A program made the translations under genes and the position numbers. The notes under the pieces were generated by a model, which was not told the DNA's origin, searched no databases, and saw only the letters and a program-made list of their open reading frames with translations. A DNA stretch of 63,979 nucleotides, filler included, from Octopus bimaculoides (lineage: Eukaryota), in assembly GCF_001194135.2 (NCBI RefSeq). It is 5 parts of 5 records of this genome, joined end to end, with 100 filler letters (N's around TTAATTAATTAA, not from the genome) between each part and the next. Parts side by side here need not be neighbours in the genome. Positions count along the whole stretch, not along the records: positions 23,471 to 54,660 come from NC_068982.1; 4 more parts are not named here. One strand, given 5' to 3'. Positions 24,442-38,760 of the stretch are shown one piece after another; the stretch's first letter is position 1, and the number at the start of each line of letters is the position of its first letter.

Positions 24442-25311
24442 TGACACGAACCGAAGAGGGGGGGTTGCGAGTTGTACTTAGCAAAATATGTAGAAGATGC
24501 AGACTTTCTAACAAAGATTATTTAGAGTGATTAAGGTAACATTTAAATTAAATGGCCCAATTAAACACTATAGTTGCACCTACTGGGACTTGAGAATCTG
24601 CCTATTACGAAGGAGCATTACATTAATTTGCCAAATGTTACAGAATGGTGCAGCGTGTTATCAAAAGGATTAATTGCACTATTCTTTTTTAGGGTAATGT
24701 GACAGATTTAATTAACTTGAACTTGGCGTGATAATCATTTATTCCCATCAAGATGGACCACACCTACATTACCATATTAATGCAAGGTTCTACTTTGATG
24801 AGATTTTGTCTAACAAGCAGATTATCTGAAGCGGGTCAATAGAATACACTCCACCTTTACCAGACCTCACACCAGTAGACCGGGGTCTTTTTTTTTTATT
24901 TATATGGGGTTACGTGAACGATCAAGTTTACCGTACAAAAACAAGAATGAACACAAATACCGTAGGAAATTATTCTGGATACTAATGACTCCATTCTTTC
25001 GAGTTAACAGCAGTGCATAAACCAGAACTTTCATCAGTTTGAAAATAAGCCTTTATAGATTATTTTAAATCTGTCAGTAGAATCTATTAACTTTAGGAAC
25101 TGAAACGGATTTTAATAAGCACTGATTTATACTCATTCAATGTGCCATACGTTTTGGGAGGATACCTTGAGTTGAGTATGTGTGTGTGTGTATATGTACA
25201 CACACACACACATATATATATATATAAACACATACGTATTTATACATGTGTGTAAATGCATATATTTATTTATTTATGTGTGTTCGTGTGTGTCTATGTA
25301 TATATATATAT

Positions 25312-25403
25312 AGGTAGGTAGGTAGGTAGGTAGGGAGGTAGGTAGGTAGGGAGGTTGGTAGGTAGGGAGGTAGGTAGGTAGGTAGGTAGGTAGGTAGGTA
25401 GGT
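25312..25403. repeat. (GGTA)n tetranucleotide tract with GGGA variants
   Basis: Directly visible. Confidence 0.95.
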
Positions 25404-25557
25404 ATATGCAGCGTTCATGCTGGAGTTGGAGAAAGTACGATTTGAGTTTTTTGAGGCGATACAGATAGTCAAAGCCTGTCGAGCAATATATGAGTATAAT
25501 AGTGTATAATATGAACAGGCACTTACTTTATATAAACAAATGACACAACTAGTAAAT

Positions 25558-25640
25558 TACAGCTGTTTCAATACCATTAATAAAAACAAGTTTTTCAAGA
25601 ATAATAAAATACCGTTTTAAACATAATGAAGTTTCATCAG
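25558..25640 (-). ncRNA. Hammerhead-ribozyme-like motif, type I with long stem II, probably Penelope-element derived
   Basis: Minus strand reads CTGATGA-aacttcatta-(44 nt)-taatggtatt-GAAAC-AGCT-GTA. The core is intact, stem II pairs 8 of 10 including a G-U, and stem III is a minimal palindrome; stem I is weak. Confidence 0.45.
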
Positions 25641-25830
25641 ATACGCATATCTTCTTAAATATCTCACGAAAAATAGCAACTGAACATTTCTATAACTGCT
25701 AACGCTTTTTCAAAACCAAAACCCTTTTTAAGAGCGAGCTTAATCATAAATAATCTAACTGTTATGATTTTATTTATGCATGCTAATCACTGGTAATAAA
25801 TCATTTAAAATGTTCACCCTCATATTTACG

Positions 25831-25873
<43 letters not shown>

Positions 25874-26531
25874 CACACAAACGTACAGAATTCTATACGC
25901 ATAAATATATATATATATATATTCGTCTATAAAATATGTTTTATAATTTAATTAATTCAAAATGAAAGGTTATAAGAAAATTTAACATAATTTCTAAANN
26001 NNNNNNNNNNNNNNNNNNNNNNNNNNNNNNNNNNNNNNNNNNNNNNNNNNNNNNNNNNNNNNNNNNNNNNNNNNNNNNNNNNNNNNNNNNNNNNNNNNNN
26101 NNNNNNNNNNNNNNNNNNNNNNNNNNNNNNNNNNNNNNNNNNNNNNNNNNNNNNNNNNNNNNNNNNNNNNNNNNATATATATATATATATATGTGTGTGT
26201 ATATAGATATATATATGCGTATATACACATATGTATACACATACACATGCACATATATAGATCTTCACATATATAAATAAACAAATAAGTAAATATATAC
26301 ACAGATATACACATATAGACATATATATGTATATATATATATATATAATATATAATATGTATACATATACATATATATAAATAGATGTGTGTATTTTTCC
26401 TTGTTACAGCATTTTATTCCTTTGGTAATATCTTCGAAACATGCGTCGGAAGTAAAAGAATTTGAATAACACCTGCGTTTAACTCCATTTATTTATTTAT
26501 ACATATAATACACATATATGTATACAAATAC

Positions 26532-26583
<52 letters not shown>

Positions 26584-27124
26584 ACACTTAGATATATACA
26601 GACATACGCATATACAAATAGGTATATATATGCTTCCTTATGACACCATGTTTTCGTAATACATCTTTTTTTATGCTTTTCATCAAATGAACAAAAGTGA
26701 CATGCCAAAAGTTCATATCTTAAAAGACAAACACAATTCACAATTTGGCAGTATCTTCTCGTGTCAGTCAATTAATGTGTCGTCTGCTCTGTTCAGTTCT
26801 GTAAGCCATTTGATCAAAAACATTCGTTATTTTAATGTGTTAAGCTGAAAAGGGAAATCCATCACCCTTTACTTTCGGCTTTTCAATTGTTCAATCGGCC
26901 GAACATCAGATTCGTTTAATTAGCGTGTAAGTTGCTGAGTATTCTGCCTATATTCGAACTCTTGACGTGATTCACAAGGGAAATCAGCGTAACAAGGCTG
27001 GAATTTTAAATTAATTACCGATACTAGTACATCCGACAGGCTTCCATACAATTTCCGTCAACCCAGTTTCTTTCAATAGGATTGTATCGACTCGTAACTA
27101 TGGTAAAGTCACATGCACAACAAA

Positions 27125-27219
27125 GAGTGAGAGAGAGAGAGAGAGAAAGAGAGGGGGAGAGAGAAAGAGAGAGAGAGAGAGGGAGAGAAAGAGAGAGAGA
27201 ACGAGAGACAGAGAGAGAG

Positions 27220-27252
<33 letters not shown>

Positions 27253-27272
27253 GAGAGATAGAAAGAGAGAGA
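27125..27272. repeat. Polypurine (AG/GA)n tract; a second lies at about 27620-27750
   Basis: Directly visible. Confidence 0.95.
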
Positions 27273-27631
27273 GGAAAGTATATATCTCTAATCTGCAGCT
27301 TGAAGCATGATCGTGAATAAATCTTTGACGATCCACTGAATCGTATTTTGTTGTTCTTGATGTTTCGCCCTAGTTCAAATTTAATTGAGTCAAATACCAT
27401 ATGTTACTCTACCGTTTATATCTCGTTTTTCTTTTCAACATGTCGCCTACTTTTCTACCACAGTTGACTGATATTTGAAGAAGATTTGACAGCTATTTCT
27501 AGCAGGTCGTGTAATCATACAAAGGTTTTTTTTTTCATGAGTACGTAACTGAAAGTCTGAAAATTTGCTCTTTGTGAAATATACATATCGTATAGCGTTC
27601 ACAGTGGCAGAGATAGATCGAGAGAAAGAGA

Positions 27632-27700
<69 letters not shown>

Positions 27701-29228
27701 GGAGTGGAGAGAAGAAGGGAGAGGGGAAGAGAGGGGGCGAGATAGACAGACAGAGAAGGAGAAATTGAAGAGTTTAGAAAGGTTAGCTGCTAGATATGGG
27801 AACAAATGTAATGATCCATAATCATCTCAATATATTCAGAGAATTAAAGATTGGAGCCAATATCGTAAAAACAAAAATCCATTGAAAATGCTTGGGAACG
27901 CTGTTTGAAACATACAACATTTCTAATTTCTTCCTTGCGTAGTTAAAACTAATATTGTATTGTGTACTCCTGTTTTGTTTTTCTGCAAGCTATGGAACAC
28001 ATTGAGGGAGAAGAATGGGAAAATTATAATCATAGCTGTTCAACTTGTCCGATTAGGTTGGTCAGAGTGATTTTTCACACGTGATCACTAACTGTATGTG
28101 TTCATAAAGCTTGAAACAATAGGAAGTAGGGGATTAAACGGGATGTAAATGTGGTAAATTTCTGCAAGATTGACCCTAACAAATATGATCTTTGTGAAGA
28201 GAATGTGGAAAAGAAGATTATGTAAAGTTGCGAGAAACACTCGGCAAGGAACCAGAAGACATAAAATTTGGGAAGTAGGTCTTGCAGAATGAACTTAGCT
28301 TAAGTTATACAAGGTCTCGCAGGTGGTGGGCTCCTCAATCCCGCAACCACTTTATGCTTAACAGCTGATGAATAGGGATGTAACTGCATCAAGACTTATA
28401 GTTTTCTCTTTCGTATCATGTCTGTTAATTAAAATGTAAGCGCTACAAAATTGTCTAACCCCCCAGCCACTGAGAAAAACACTAACTACGCCACTACCCA
28501 CAATCCAGCTGTCTTTTCACCATTTTCTGTTAACGCAGGAACCTTTTCTCTCCCCCACCATTTCTGAATTAGCTGTCATGAATATATAAACGTAACCGTT
28601 AATCCTATAATTTCAATGAATAAACATTGCCGTTAACATCGACTCAAATAACCAAATGGAAAATAGCAAGAGCTAAAAAGCCGAAACAGCACATAAAACA
28701 ACGCATAAAACAACGTAATTTGTGACAAGTTAATATCCGTACATAAACTTTAAAACAAAATATGCTTATCAATCCAATATTACAAATAAAATTCATGTAG
28801 GAAAGCTAGAGGAGGTTAATTATCCATTCAGATATGTAATGCTGTTTTCAACAGAGTGAACTATATAAATTAGTTTGCAGTAAATTGTATATTCGAAGAC
28901 CAATCTGTGAATTTAAGAAGATATTAATGCGAGAGGGTAAGAGCATTTTAAATTACAAGCAGATCTTATGCAGTACACATCCAGGTTACACGAAACATTC
29001 AGTTGAACATAAACATTTATTATCTGGTAATTGAATTGAATTAGCTCAAGGAGTTCACTTGTTAGTTTCTATTATTTTCTCTCACTCGTTTTCTCTGTCA
29101 CCTGCTGCGTGAATGTTTTTGCGCATAAACACACATACATGCTGAAGACCATAGTGGCAAAAGTCTCGTCTCGGGAGATAAACATTCAGTTTCAATTACT
29201 CACACACTCACATTCACACACATACATG

Positions 29229-29266
<38 letters not shown>

Positions 29267-29469
29267 CACATGTGTCAAATACCAAATAACAAACATTCTT
29301 GATTTATTAAAATTCTCTCTACCTCTAGAGAATGTATCATAATTACCAAGTAGCAATTATGACTAGCTCCACTTGAGAAGGCGAGATAATCTCAAGATTC
29401 AAAAATTTTGCAAGACTGAAATGCGATTAAGGAAAGAGAGAGAGACTTATTATCTAGAGATAAGAAGAT

Positions 29470-29625
29470 AGCTGTAGACACATGTTTCTGACTTGCTTAC
29501 CAGCCACATGGTTCCGGGTTCATTCCCACTGCGTGGCACCTTGCGCAAGTGTCTTCTACTGTAGCCTCGGGCCGACCAAAGCCTTGTGGGTGGATTTGGT
29601 AGACGGAAACTGAAGGAAGCCCGTC

Positions 29626-29664
<39 letters not shown>

Positions 29665-30810
29665 GAAGTATATTTGCCATTTAAATGTGGCTAACCCCTA
29701 AGGGTGGATGTTACTGTTGCTTTTAGCCCCAGGAGAACATCTCCTCCAGCTGGCTTATCGACACATATCTGTGTCCTGTCTATTTTTGCCAAGGGAAGTT
29801 ATNNNNNNNNNNNNNNNNNNNNNNNNNNNNNNNNNNNNNNNNNNNNNNNNNNNNNNNNNNNNNNNNNNNNNNNNNNNNNNNNNNNNNNNNNNNNNNNNNN
29901 NNNNNNNNNNNNNNNNNNNNNNNNNNNNNNNNNNNNNNNNNNNNNNNNNNNNNNNNNNNNNNNNNNNNNNNNNNNNNNNNNNNNNNNNNNNNNNNNNNNN
30001 NNNNNNNNNNNNNNNNNNNNNNNNNNNNNNNNNNNNNNNNNNNNNNNNNNNNNNNNNNNNNNNNNNNNNNNNNNNNNNNNNNNNNNNNNNNNNNNNNNNN
30101 NNNNNNNNNNNNNNNNNNNNNNNNNNNNNNNNNNNNNNNNNNNNNNNNNNNNNNNNNNNNNNNNNNNNNNNNNNNNNNNNNNNNNNNNNNNNNNNNNNNN
30201 NNNNNNNNNNNNNNNNNNNNNNNNNNNNNNNNNNNNNNNNNNNNNNNNNNNNNNNNNNNNNNNNNNNNNNNNNNNNNNNNNNNNNNNNNNNNNNNNNNNN
30301 NNNNNNNNNNNNNNNNNNNNNNNNNNNNNNNNNNNNNNNNNNNNNNNNNNNNNNNNNNNNNNNNNNNNNNNNNNNNNNNNNNNNNNNNNNNNNNNNNNNN
30401 NNNNNNNNNNNNNNNNNNNNNNNNNNNNNNNNNNNNNNNNNNNNNNNNNNNNNNNNNNNNNNNNNNNNNNNNNNNNNNNNNNNNNNNNNNNNNNNNNNNN
30501 NNNNNNNNNNNNNNNNNNNNNNNNNNNNNNNNNNNNNNNNNNNNNNNNNNNNNNNNNNNNNNNNNNNNNNNNNNNNNNNNNNNNNNNNNNNNNNNNNNNN
30601 NNNNNNNNNNNNNNNNTTGCCCCCCCCCCACCAACATCGCCAACCGATGCTAGTGTGTTTACGTTCTTGTAACTTAGCGGTTCGGCAAAAGAGACCGGTA
30701 GAATAAGTACTAGGCTTACAAAGAATAAGTCCTGGGGTCGATTTTCTCGACCAAAGGCAGTGCTCCAGCATGGCCACAGTCAAATGACTGAAACAAGTAA
30801 AAAAGTAAAC
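29470..30810 (+). mobile_element. SINE family A: 5' half 29470-29627 and 3' half 30618-30810, separated by (TA)n, an unrelated 140-bp segment and a gap
   Basis: Both halves match the family A consensus closely and in the correct order. Confidence 0.85.
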
Positions 30811-30819
30811 GTACATGCT

Positions 30820-30863
<44 letters not shown>

Positions 30864-31549
30864 GACATACGTGGGTTTGTTTTCATTTTCGTATGCCAGT
30901 ACTTTAATTCTATTACTATTTCCGATCATGTATTTTACGAGGTCATTAATAGTACAATCACCGTCACCACCTCGACCAAATTAGTGGCCTTGTACCTATA
31001 TTAGAAACAATTATTAATATTATTGAAACAGTAGTAGAGAATGGTCATGTCTTGTCATATTAGTTATATTCATTTACTCATTATAGTTAATTAATTCCAT
31101 GTAGTATAATTAAAATAAATGTCATTCATATATAGGATAATCAATTATACTGTAGATATCGAAATTTATAGGTTTTGCATGTATGAACCTGTAGAAATAT
31201 TATCACTTAAATCAATCAAGTTTCAGATTACAAGAGAGTCGAACTCGTTCCTTTCAAGTCTCAAATGAAATGACACCGAATTTATTTCGTATGCGATGTT
31301 TGGAAGTCTCTAGGGCTGTAAAACTTCGGTGATGTCGTGGGGGTCACTCGACACACCTTATATATTGACAAAATACACTGTACCTGAAGTTTACTTCGAT
31401 AGCTAATTTTACAGGTACGTATATCTTTTACTTTGAGTAATGACAGATGTTCTCTGATACAAAAGCTGACCTTCAGTAATTTATACAAGCTCTGAGTAGA
31501 GAAGCGTTTTTGGTTTAGAACTATTGTTCAGGTTTAAATTCCTTTATAT

Positions 31550-31705
31550 AGAAGGCCTGAAATGTAAATGGAAGGATGCAGTCCATTAAGTCGACTCCAC
31601 TGCTTGACTTGTACTTCATCTAATCAGCCCCAAAGGGATGGAAGACACAGTCGCCATCGGTAGAATTTGAACTCAGAACGTAAAAGCCGGAACAAATACC
31701 ACAAT
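31550..31705 (-). mobile_element. Diverged SINE family B
   Basis: AGAATTTGAACTCAGAACGTAAAAGCCGGAACAAATACC core. Confidence 0.7.
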
Positions 31706-32190
31706 TCATGTGGGTTTTGTCCTTTTTATCTCTTTGCTGTTGCTTCGGGGCATACTGTTGCTGTTGTTGCCTATATAGCCGGCGATGTGGGAGCCGTTAA
31801 GGGATGTTGACGTTGTTGTAGTGTTGCTTTCATCCTTGCAGCTCATGCACAATCAGTGTTGATGAAGTTACACGTTGTTGTTGTTGTTGGTATTGAGGTC
31901 GGTGACGGTGTTGTACTTGCTTATGCTTATTTTTGCTGTTGATGCTTGCAGTGGTAAACGTCTTCCAGATGTCACTCTCTGTTGTTGGTGCAAGAGAAGG
32001 CTGTCAGGTAGTCAGTATTGGTTTCTATAGGATGCGGAATTCAGGACATCTAAATAATTTTTGATTGAGGCAGGTGGCCAGTAATTCATCGGACGGGGCT
32101 AATTGATTAAACTGGTCCCAGTAACGGAGTACCACTTTATTTCGAAGAGAAAGTTGACATCGGCGCTATTTTGATTTAGAACATCACTAA

Positions 32191-32389
32191 ATATCGGTTC
32201 CAAATTTTGGCACAAGGTCAGCAATTTCGGGGAAGGGGCTAAGTGCTCACCTGGTACTCATTTTATCGACTCCGAAAATATGAAAGGCAAAGACGATTTC
32301 AGCGAAATTTGAACTCAGAAAGTAAAGCCAGAAGAAATAGCGCTAAGCATCTTGTCCGGGTGCTAACGCTTCTGCTATCGCGCCATCTT
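32191..32389 (-). mobile_element. SINE family B with a 9-bp flanking duplication AATATCGGT
   Basis: Core and head present; AATATCGGT at 32190-32198 and 32390-32398. Confidence 0.85.
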
Positions 32390-32620
32390 AATATCGGTCA
32401 TCATAATACAAAAATAATTAAGAACAAGAATATTCCCAAAACAATTTAGTTCATTTCCCATAAATCTATTATAAGCAGAGCCAACACGCTGTTAATTGCC
32501 ATGTTTACTCATAGGATTTTCCAGTTCAAGTTTCATCGTATCGTATTTGGTAATCAGTGGCGTAAATATTAGCTCCATTTATTTTTGGAACTTTTTGGGA
32601 AGAACGACTATTCTCGTATC

Positions 32621-33441
<821 letters not shown>

Positions 33442-33454
33442 CGCAGCAATATTT

Positions 33455-33830
33455 GCTGCTATTGGACGTCGCTTCAACTGGAAGATGTTCGATCGATCTG
33501 CAAGAGATAGCAACCAACTCTTCAAATCACACCCAATCTTTTTCAATATGGACAAGACACATTAGATAATGTCGTTCTACATACGCCTAAAAGGACGTGG
33601 GTGGTCATAACTGAAATGCATTTCATCATAGGTGTGATCGATCAAGATTGACGCAGGCTAAATAACATCGATATCGCTGCTGCTGTTGTTCTTAATCGCA
33701 TTTCTGTACACGTCCATGATTTTCATAATGAAACAGTTTTGTGGTTTGAATACTCGCTTTTTATATTGCTTTTCCTCTGCTTTGAATTCTAGTTCACCAA
33801 ACATACATCCTGGCACCATTGTTTACCCAG
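33455..33830 (-). mobile_element. RTE-clade LINE C-terminal remnant
   Basis: Minus-strand translation MFGELEFKAEEKQYKKR ... ILKKIGCDLKSWLLSLADRSNIF resembles the RTE ORF end (YGEL..G.R..G..KR.KD.LK..LK...ID...WE..A.DR..WR). Confidence 0.4.
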
Positions 33831-34466
33831 GATGTGAAGAGCCTTACTGTTATAGTTGTTTGTGTTGTCGTTATTTTTAATTTTTGTTGTTATTATTGTC
33901 GTTGTTGTTAGCAAAAGGGGAGGTCATATTGAGCTAATATATTTAATATATTTTATACAGAAAGTATTAAAAGCTGACAAGAATTATGTGACGAGGAAAA
34001 GACGATATTATTCTGATTTCCCAAGAAACTACGGAAGAAAACTCTGGACATGTTTCGGTATTATTATAATTTCCTCGGTGAAGCAGATCCCCACATTCTT
34101 AACGAAACGGTAACGAAAGAATTACTATGGAGATGTAAACGATTGTATACTGGATGACGTACGGAATCGATTATTTGCAAAATAAATAATCTAGAAATGC
34201 TTTATAACTCGTAAAACAATAGTTCAACTGTCGTTTATAAATTTAGTGTCCAAAGAGAATAGAAAGCTCTAACTAGTGGTTATTATATGGCTAGGAAAAT
34301 ATTCAACAAGTAACTAAATTACTTTACATTTACCTATATTTTCGTGAAATACACATTTAAATCCAGATATATCTTTATCATTTGGATGCGCCTCGAACGC
34401 CTTTGATCATAACTCTGTTTGTCCAAGACTGACCCGAAGCTAACTAATAATTAAATTATATGCATA

Positions 34467-34628
34467 GGTGCAGGTGTGGCTGTGTGGTGAGAATTTTGCT
34501 TCCTAACCTCATACTTCCGGGTTCAGTCCCACTGCGTGGCACTTTGGGCAAGTGTCTTCTACTAAAACCTTCAGCCAATCAAACCCTATTGAGTGGATTT
34601 GGTAGACAGAAACTGAAAGAAGCCGTCG
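34467..34628 (+). mobile_element. SINE family A, 5' half
   Basis: GGTGCAGGTGTGGCTGTGTGGTGAG ... CCGGGTTCAGTCCCACTGCGTGGCAC. Confidence 0.9.
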
Positions 34629-35036
34629 TATATAAATCTATGTGTGAAGCAAGTGAAAGATAAATATATAGGAAAACGCAAGCACAATGTCTTAAAATGC
34701 ATCACGTTTGTGCCGATTCGAAGTAAATTCTCTCTAAAAGCTATACTTCTTCTTACACGTTATTTATACATAACATCTAATCAAACTCTTCCAGAAAAAT
34801 ATTTATAGTGATGTAATGATATTTCGAGAATACGTTAATCGTTATGTTCCTTTTGCTTTAATTCCTATTATTTTATTTATATTTTGTTTCTTTTTAATTT
34901 CATATGTTATTGATTCTCAGTTCTATTTACATATTTATTTCCTTTTCACATTTAAACTATGATGAAATGTATCAATAGAAAATCGTCGAATGTCCTTGAA
35001 GTCCCTGTTGATGCAAAATATATTTATCACAAACAT

Positions 35037-35077
<41 letters not shown>

Positions 35078-35193
35078 ATGCATATGTTTACATATGTTCG
35101 TTATGCTTGCATATGTCAATGTATATTAATTAGATAGATACAGAGAGAGATAAAGAGAGACAGAGAAAGAGACAGGCAGACAGACAGACAGAC

Positions 35194-35240
<47 letters not shown>

Positions 35241-35634
35241 AACAGATATATGCTTATGTGTTCAGGAAGGGTTAATAGATGCGTGAATATTTATTTGTGA
35301 TTTATGGCGTAAATGTTAAACTGTCATCGCGTAGGTACTATATTTACATTTCTATTACATAAATAACATTGGTAAATAACATGCTAAGTCTCAAAGTTTA
35401 ATAGAAAAGAAAACTGTTGGGGCTATGACGTAAGTGATAGCTAAATTTCTCAAAACAAGTTGACGCAAAATTCTATCCCAATCTTCTTCTGGAACTTGGT
35501 TTAAGAATAGCACTTGATTTCCTCTTTTGATGAAAACAAAAAACAAGTATGTTGCTTGGATGTGAGACTACATTTAAATCATAATTTCGTTACCCAATTT
35601 AAGGAGAAAGAATTAATCTCAGCTATTTAATATT

Positions 35635-35847
35635 CTTTTCTACTCTAGGCACAAGGCCCGAAATTTTGGGTGAGGGGACCAGTCGATTAGATCGACCCAG
35701 TACGCACCTGGTACTTAATTTATTGACCCCGAAAGGATGAAAGGCAGAGTCGACCTCGGTGGAATTTGAACTCAGAACGTAAAGACAGACGAAATATCGT
35801 TAAACATTTCGCCCGGTTTGCTAACGTTTCTGCCAGCTCGCCGCCTT
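35635..35847 (-). mobile_element. Full-length SINE family B with a 16-bp target-site duplication
   Basis: TCAGCTATTTAATATT (35619-35634) and TCAGCTGTTTAATATT (35848-35863) flank a near-consensus copy. Confidence 0.92.
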
Positions 35848-36389
35848 TCAGCTGTTTAATATTAAGTTCTTTTTCTCTCTCCTTAAACTGTAATTTTTGA
35901 TTTAACTAAAATATATTGTTTTGTTACTAAACGCATCAATGTTTGTGTATACAATGATTCGAAGTAAACTGAATAAAGCAAACAAAGTTCAGTTAATACA
36001 AAGAGAACCAAGATATCCAAGCAATAAACAGAACAGTAAATTGTGGTATAAAGTATTTGCTTTTCCGAAGGGAATTAGTAACATGAAGACCAGCAAATTG
36101 GATTCATTAACAATCAAAATCCTGGCTCAAAGCACCAATAACAATGTCAATAATCAAATAAACCGCCATGAAATGGCTGATATATTTAATTATTTTCAGT
36201 AATAGTTGTAGTGAAGATAGAATCAGCTTTTCACCTAATTGACACTGACCTCTCATGGTGCCATACGTGTGTGTGTGTTCTCTTATTAATTTTTAACATT
36301 AGATTTATTACTATAAAGAGGAGAGGCAGAACTTATGACCTTAGCAGACACATAATATACAAAGGAACAACGTATAGTCAATAAAACTA

Positions 36390-38371
36390 GCAATCGAATT
36401 TCATTTCACCTTCTTCAAAAAGTGGACAGACTGGATAATGTATTACGGAGTAGACAATGCCTGGACAAAGGTGAGACAGTGATAATAGGAATACCTTTGC
36501 TTAAAGATATACTTACCCGGAACACTAGTCAAGTGAAGTGTTAATAATGGTGTCAACAGCAGTATCAACTAGAAAAAGAAAATTTCTTAGGACTAAGATA
36601 TGTCCTATGGAGGCAGTGTGTGATGATTGCTTATCAGTTTAGGTGTCAGATGAAGTATTTTACATACGTTAAGTTTTTCACTTCAATCCCCGATCCTCCA
36701 TAACATACACTTAGGGAAAGGAGTGCTATGCCCGTTGCCTACTCTAACTATCCGAAACTGGTAACATTCAACAGCTGCAAGTTTATGACTGAAACCGAAC
36801 AAAACATAAACCGGGAGAAGGGATTCCAGATAAATTACATTCTAGGGAGGAAAGAAATGGGTGGTAGTGTTGGGAGTAAAGAAGTGGGTGGTGGGGTTGG
36901 TAGGAAAATAGATGAGGCTAACAAAATGGGTGACGAGAAGACAAAAGAATATTTCTAAGTGGATGTGACTAGATCAGTCCGTTTCGAGAAGAGCAGCCAC
37001 TGTAATGGCAGAAAAGAAAGCAGAGTGCGGAAACAGTACGTTTATAGGCCAGATTTTGAAGTATTAATGAGTGGCTTTCGACCAAAATGGGTGCAGTCTG
37101 GAATATGTGTGTGTGTAATAGCAGCAACGTCTCAAATACGCGATACTGGAGAACATTTTGGTTCTGGAGAGGAAGTCCAATCTTTGTGATGCAGTCACTG
37201 CTGTATCGAAGACTTGGGGTCGCCAGAAGACATCATCAGTGATTATATGTTCTACTGAAATTCTGAAGATCAGGCTCTTCACGCTCCCTGCTTAAACATA
37301 GCTAACTAATAGACCTCCTCAAGCACTGATATCTGGGGTGCAACACATATTCTAAGAAGGTTGCATAAAATTTCATAATTCAACTAAAAAGACGAAAGCT
37401 TAACAATACAGAGAGCAGGTCAGATCACTCTCGGAACAGAATGCTGAAAGAGTGAAAGAAGGACACATTATAGGAATGGAGTGTGATGCTACAGAATCGA
37501 AGGTGATGCACATTGTAAAGATTGCTTAGTGGGTTGAATATTCTCTCACAACACAAATTCCAATTCGTAGTTATAGTAGCAAGTATTTCACAAAATTTAC
37601 AATAATACACTTAGCATTGCAATTTCCTTGCTATCCTCAACTCAAATGAACAGCTTTCATTCACAATCAAAAGAAGCCAATCTGTTGAGACCAAATTTCA
37701 GAAAAGTAGTTACACTGAAGAAAGTAGGGGCCTCTTCATAAATTCAATGACTCTCCAAACACCTTTAGTCTCTTTCTGACCTCTAAAACAAGTTTTATCG
37801 AACTATTTATGTTTTTGTTCCTATCGAATTATTTTATCACTGTCTAATGGGATCATCCACTCTGCATTATCTTACACATAATCTTGAGTCTCATCCTGGA
37901 ACCTTTGTCACTTCTAATTAGCCGGCTACCGAAAATTTGCTTGTGAAATGTTGACTACTTCTGATACTAAATATATTCTATTAGTTATTCTTATGGAAAC
38001 AGCTAAATGGGTGAACATACCATTCCCTCATCTAAATAAACCACACAAATTCAATACAACTGTACAAACAAAGAGTGCTAGTTTATAACACAAGTGTGAA
38101 GTTACATACTAAACTAATCTCTTTATATTCACTCATCATTATAATGCTTTTAAAATGAACCGAAAGGAAGGAAATTATGTTTCCATGATGCATGTAGCAT
38201 ATCTCTAACGTTCTTAAATTTCCATCAGACTTTCTGGTCTTTTGCTCTGATCTCTGGTCAATTTGCATAGCATAGGTTCCAGCAGGTCTAGACTACGTTG
38301 ATTTTATATGTAGCATTCTAGCAGATAAAGTATCATTTTTACTATACGCGCTTTTACCACACAAATATACA

Positions 38372-38408
<37 letters not shown>

Positions 38409-38760
38409 AATGAAGTCTTTCTCTAAATTCTATCTGATTCACCAACACGTACAGACAGTTGCCAAATTCAAAAAATTCTCTAACCCTTCCAACCTATCTT
38501 CAGCACAAATGATATCCTTCTTTCCTCTTTATTCTTCCACACATATAGCTCAGTCCACAGTTGTAGAATTTCACGAACATATACCCCAAACCTAGCCTGC
38601 AACTAAGCCAATAACAACCTTGTCCTTTTCAGTACAAACATACTTTCCCACCACTTCTCACATCCTTCCTAACAAGACTTATGCCTCACATGGCCTTTTA
38701 TACTAATTACCTATCTGAAGGAGTGAAATAAGTAATTCATATCTCATTCCGCTTCTTACA
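36390..38760 (-). mobile_element. Highly decayed CR1/L2-like LINE (APE plus RT)
   Basis: Minus-strand GISLVRKDVRSGGKVCLY (38632-38685) resembles the APE motif RKDR..GGGV..Y; ITFDSVASHSI (about 37475-37507), preceded by QQIGF, resembles the RT motif Q.GF...AFDSV.H. Motif order is correct; boundaries are approximate. Confidence 0.35.

Noticed and set aside
28320-28496. Possible DNA-transposon end CTAACTACGCCACT
   Set aside because: No matching opposite terminus or TSD was found in the window.
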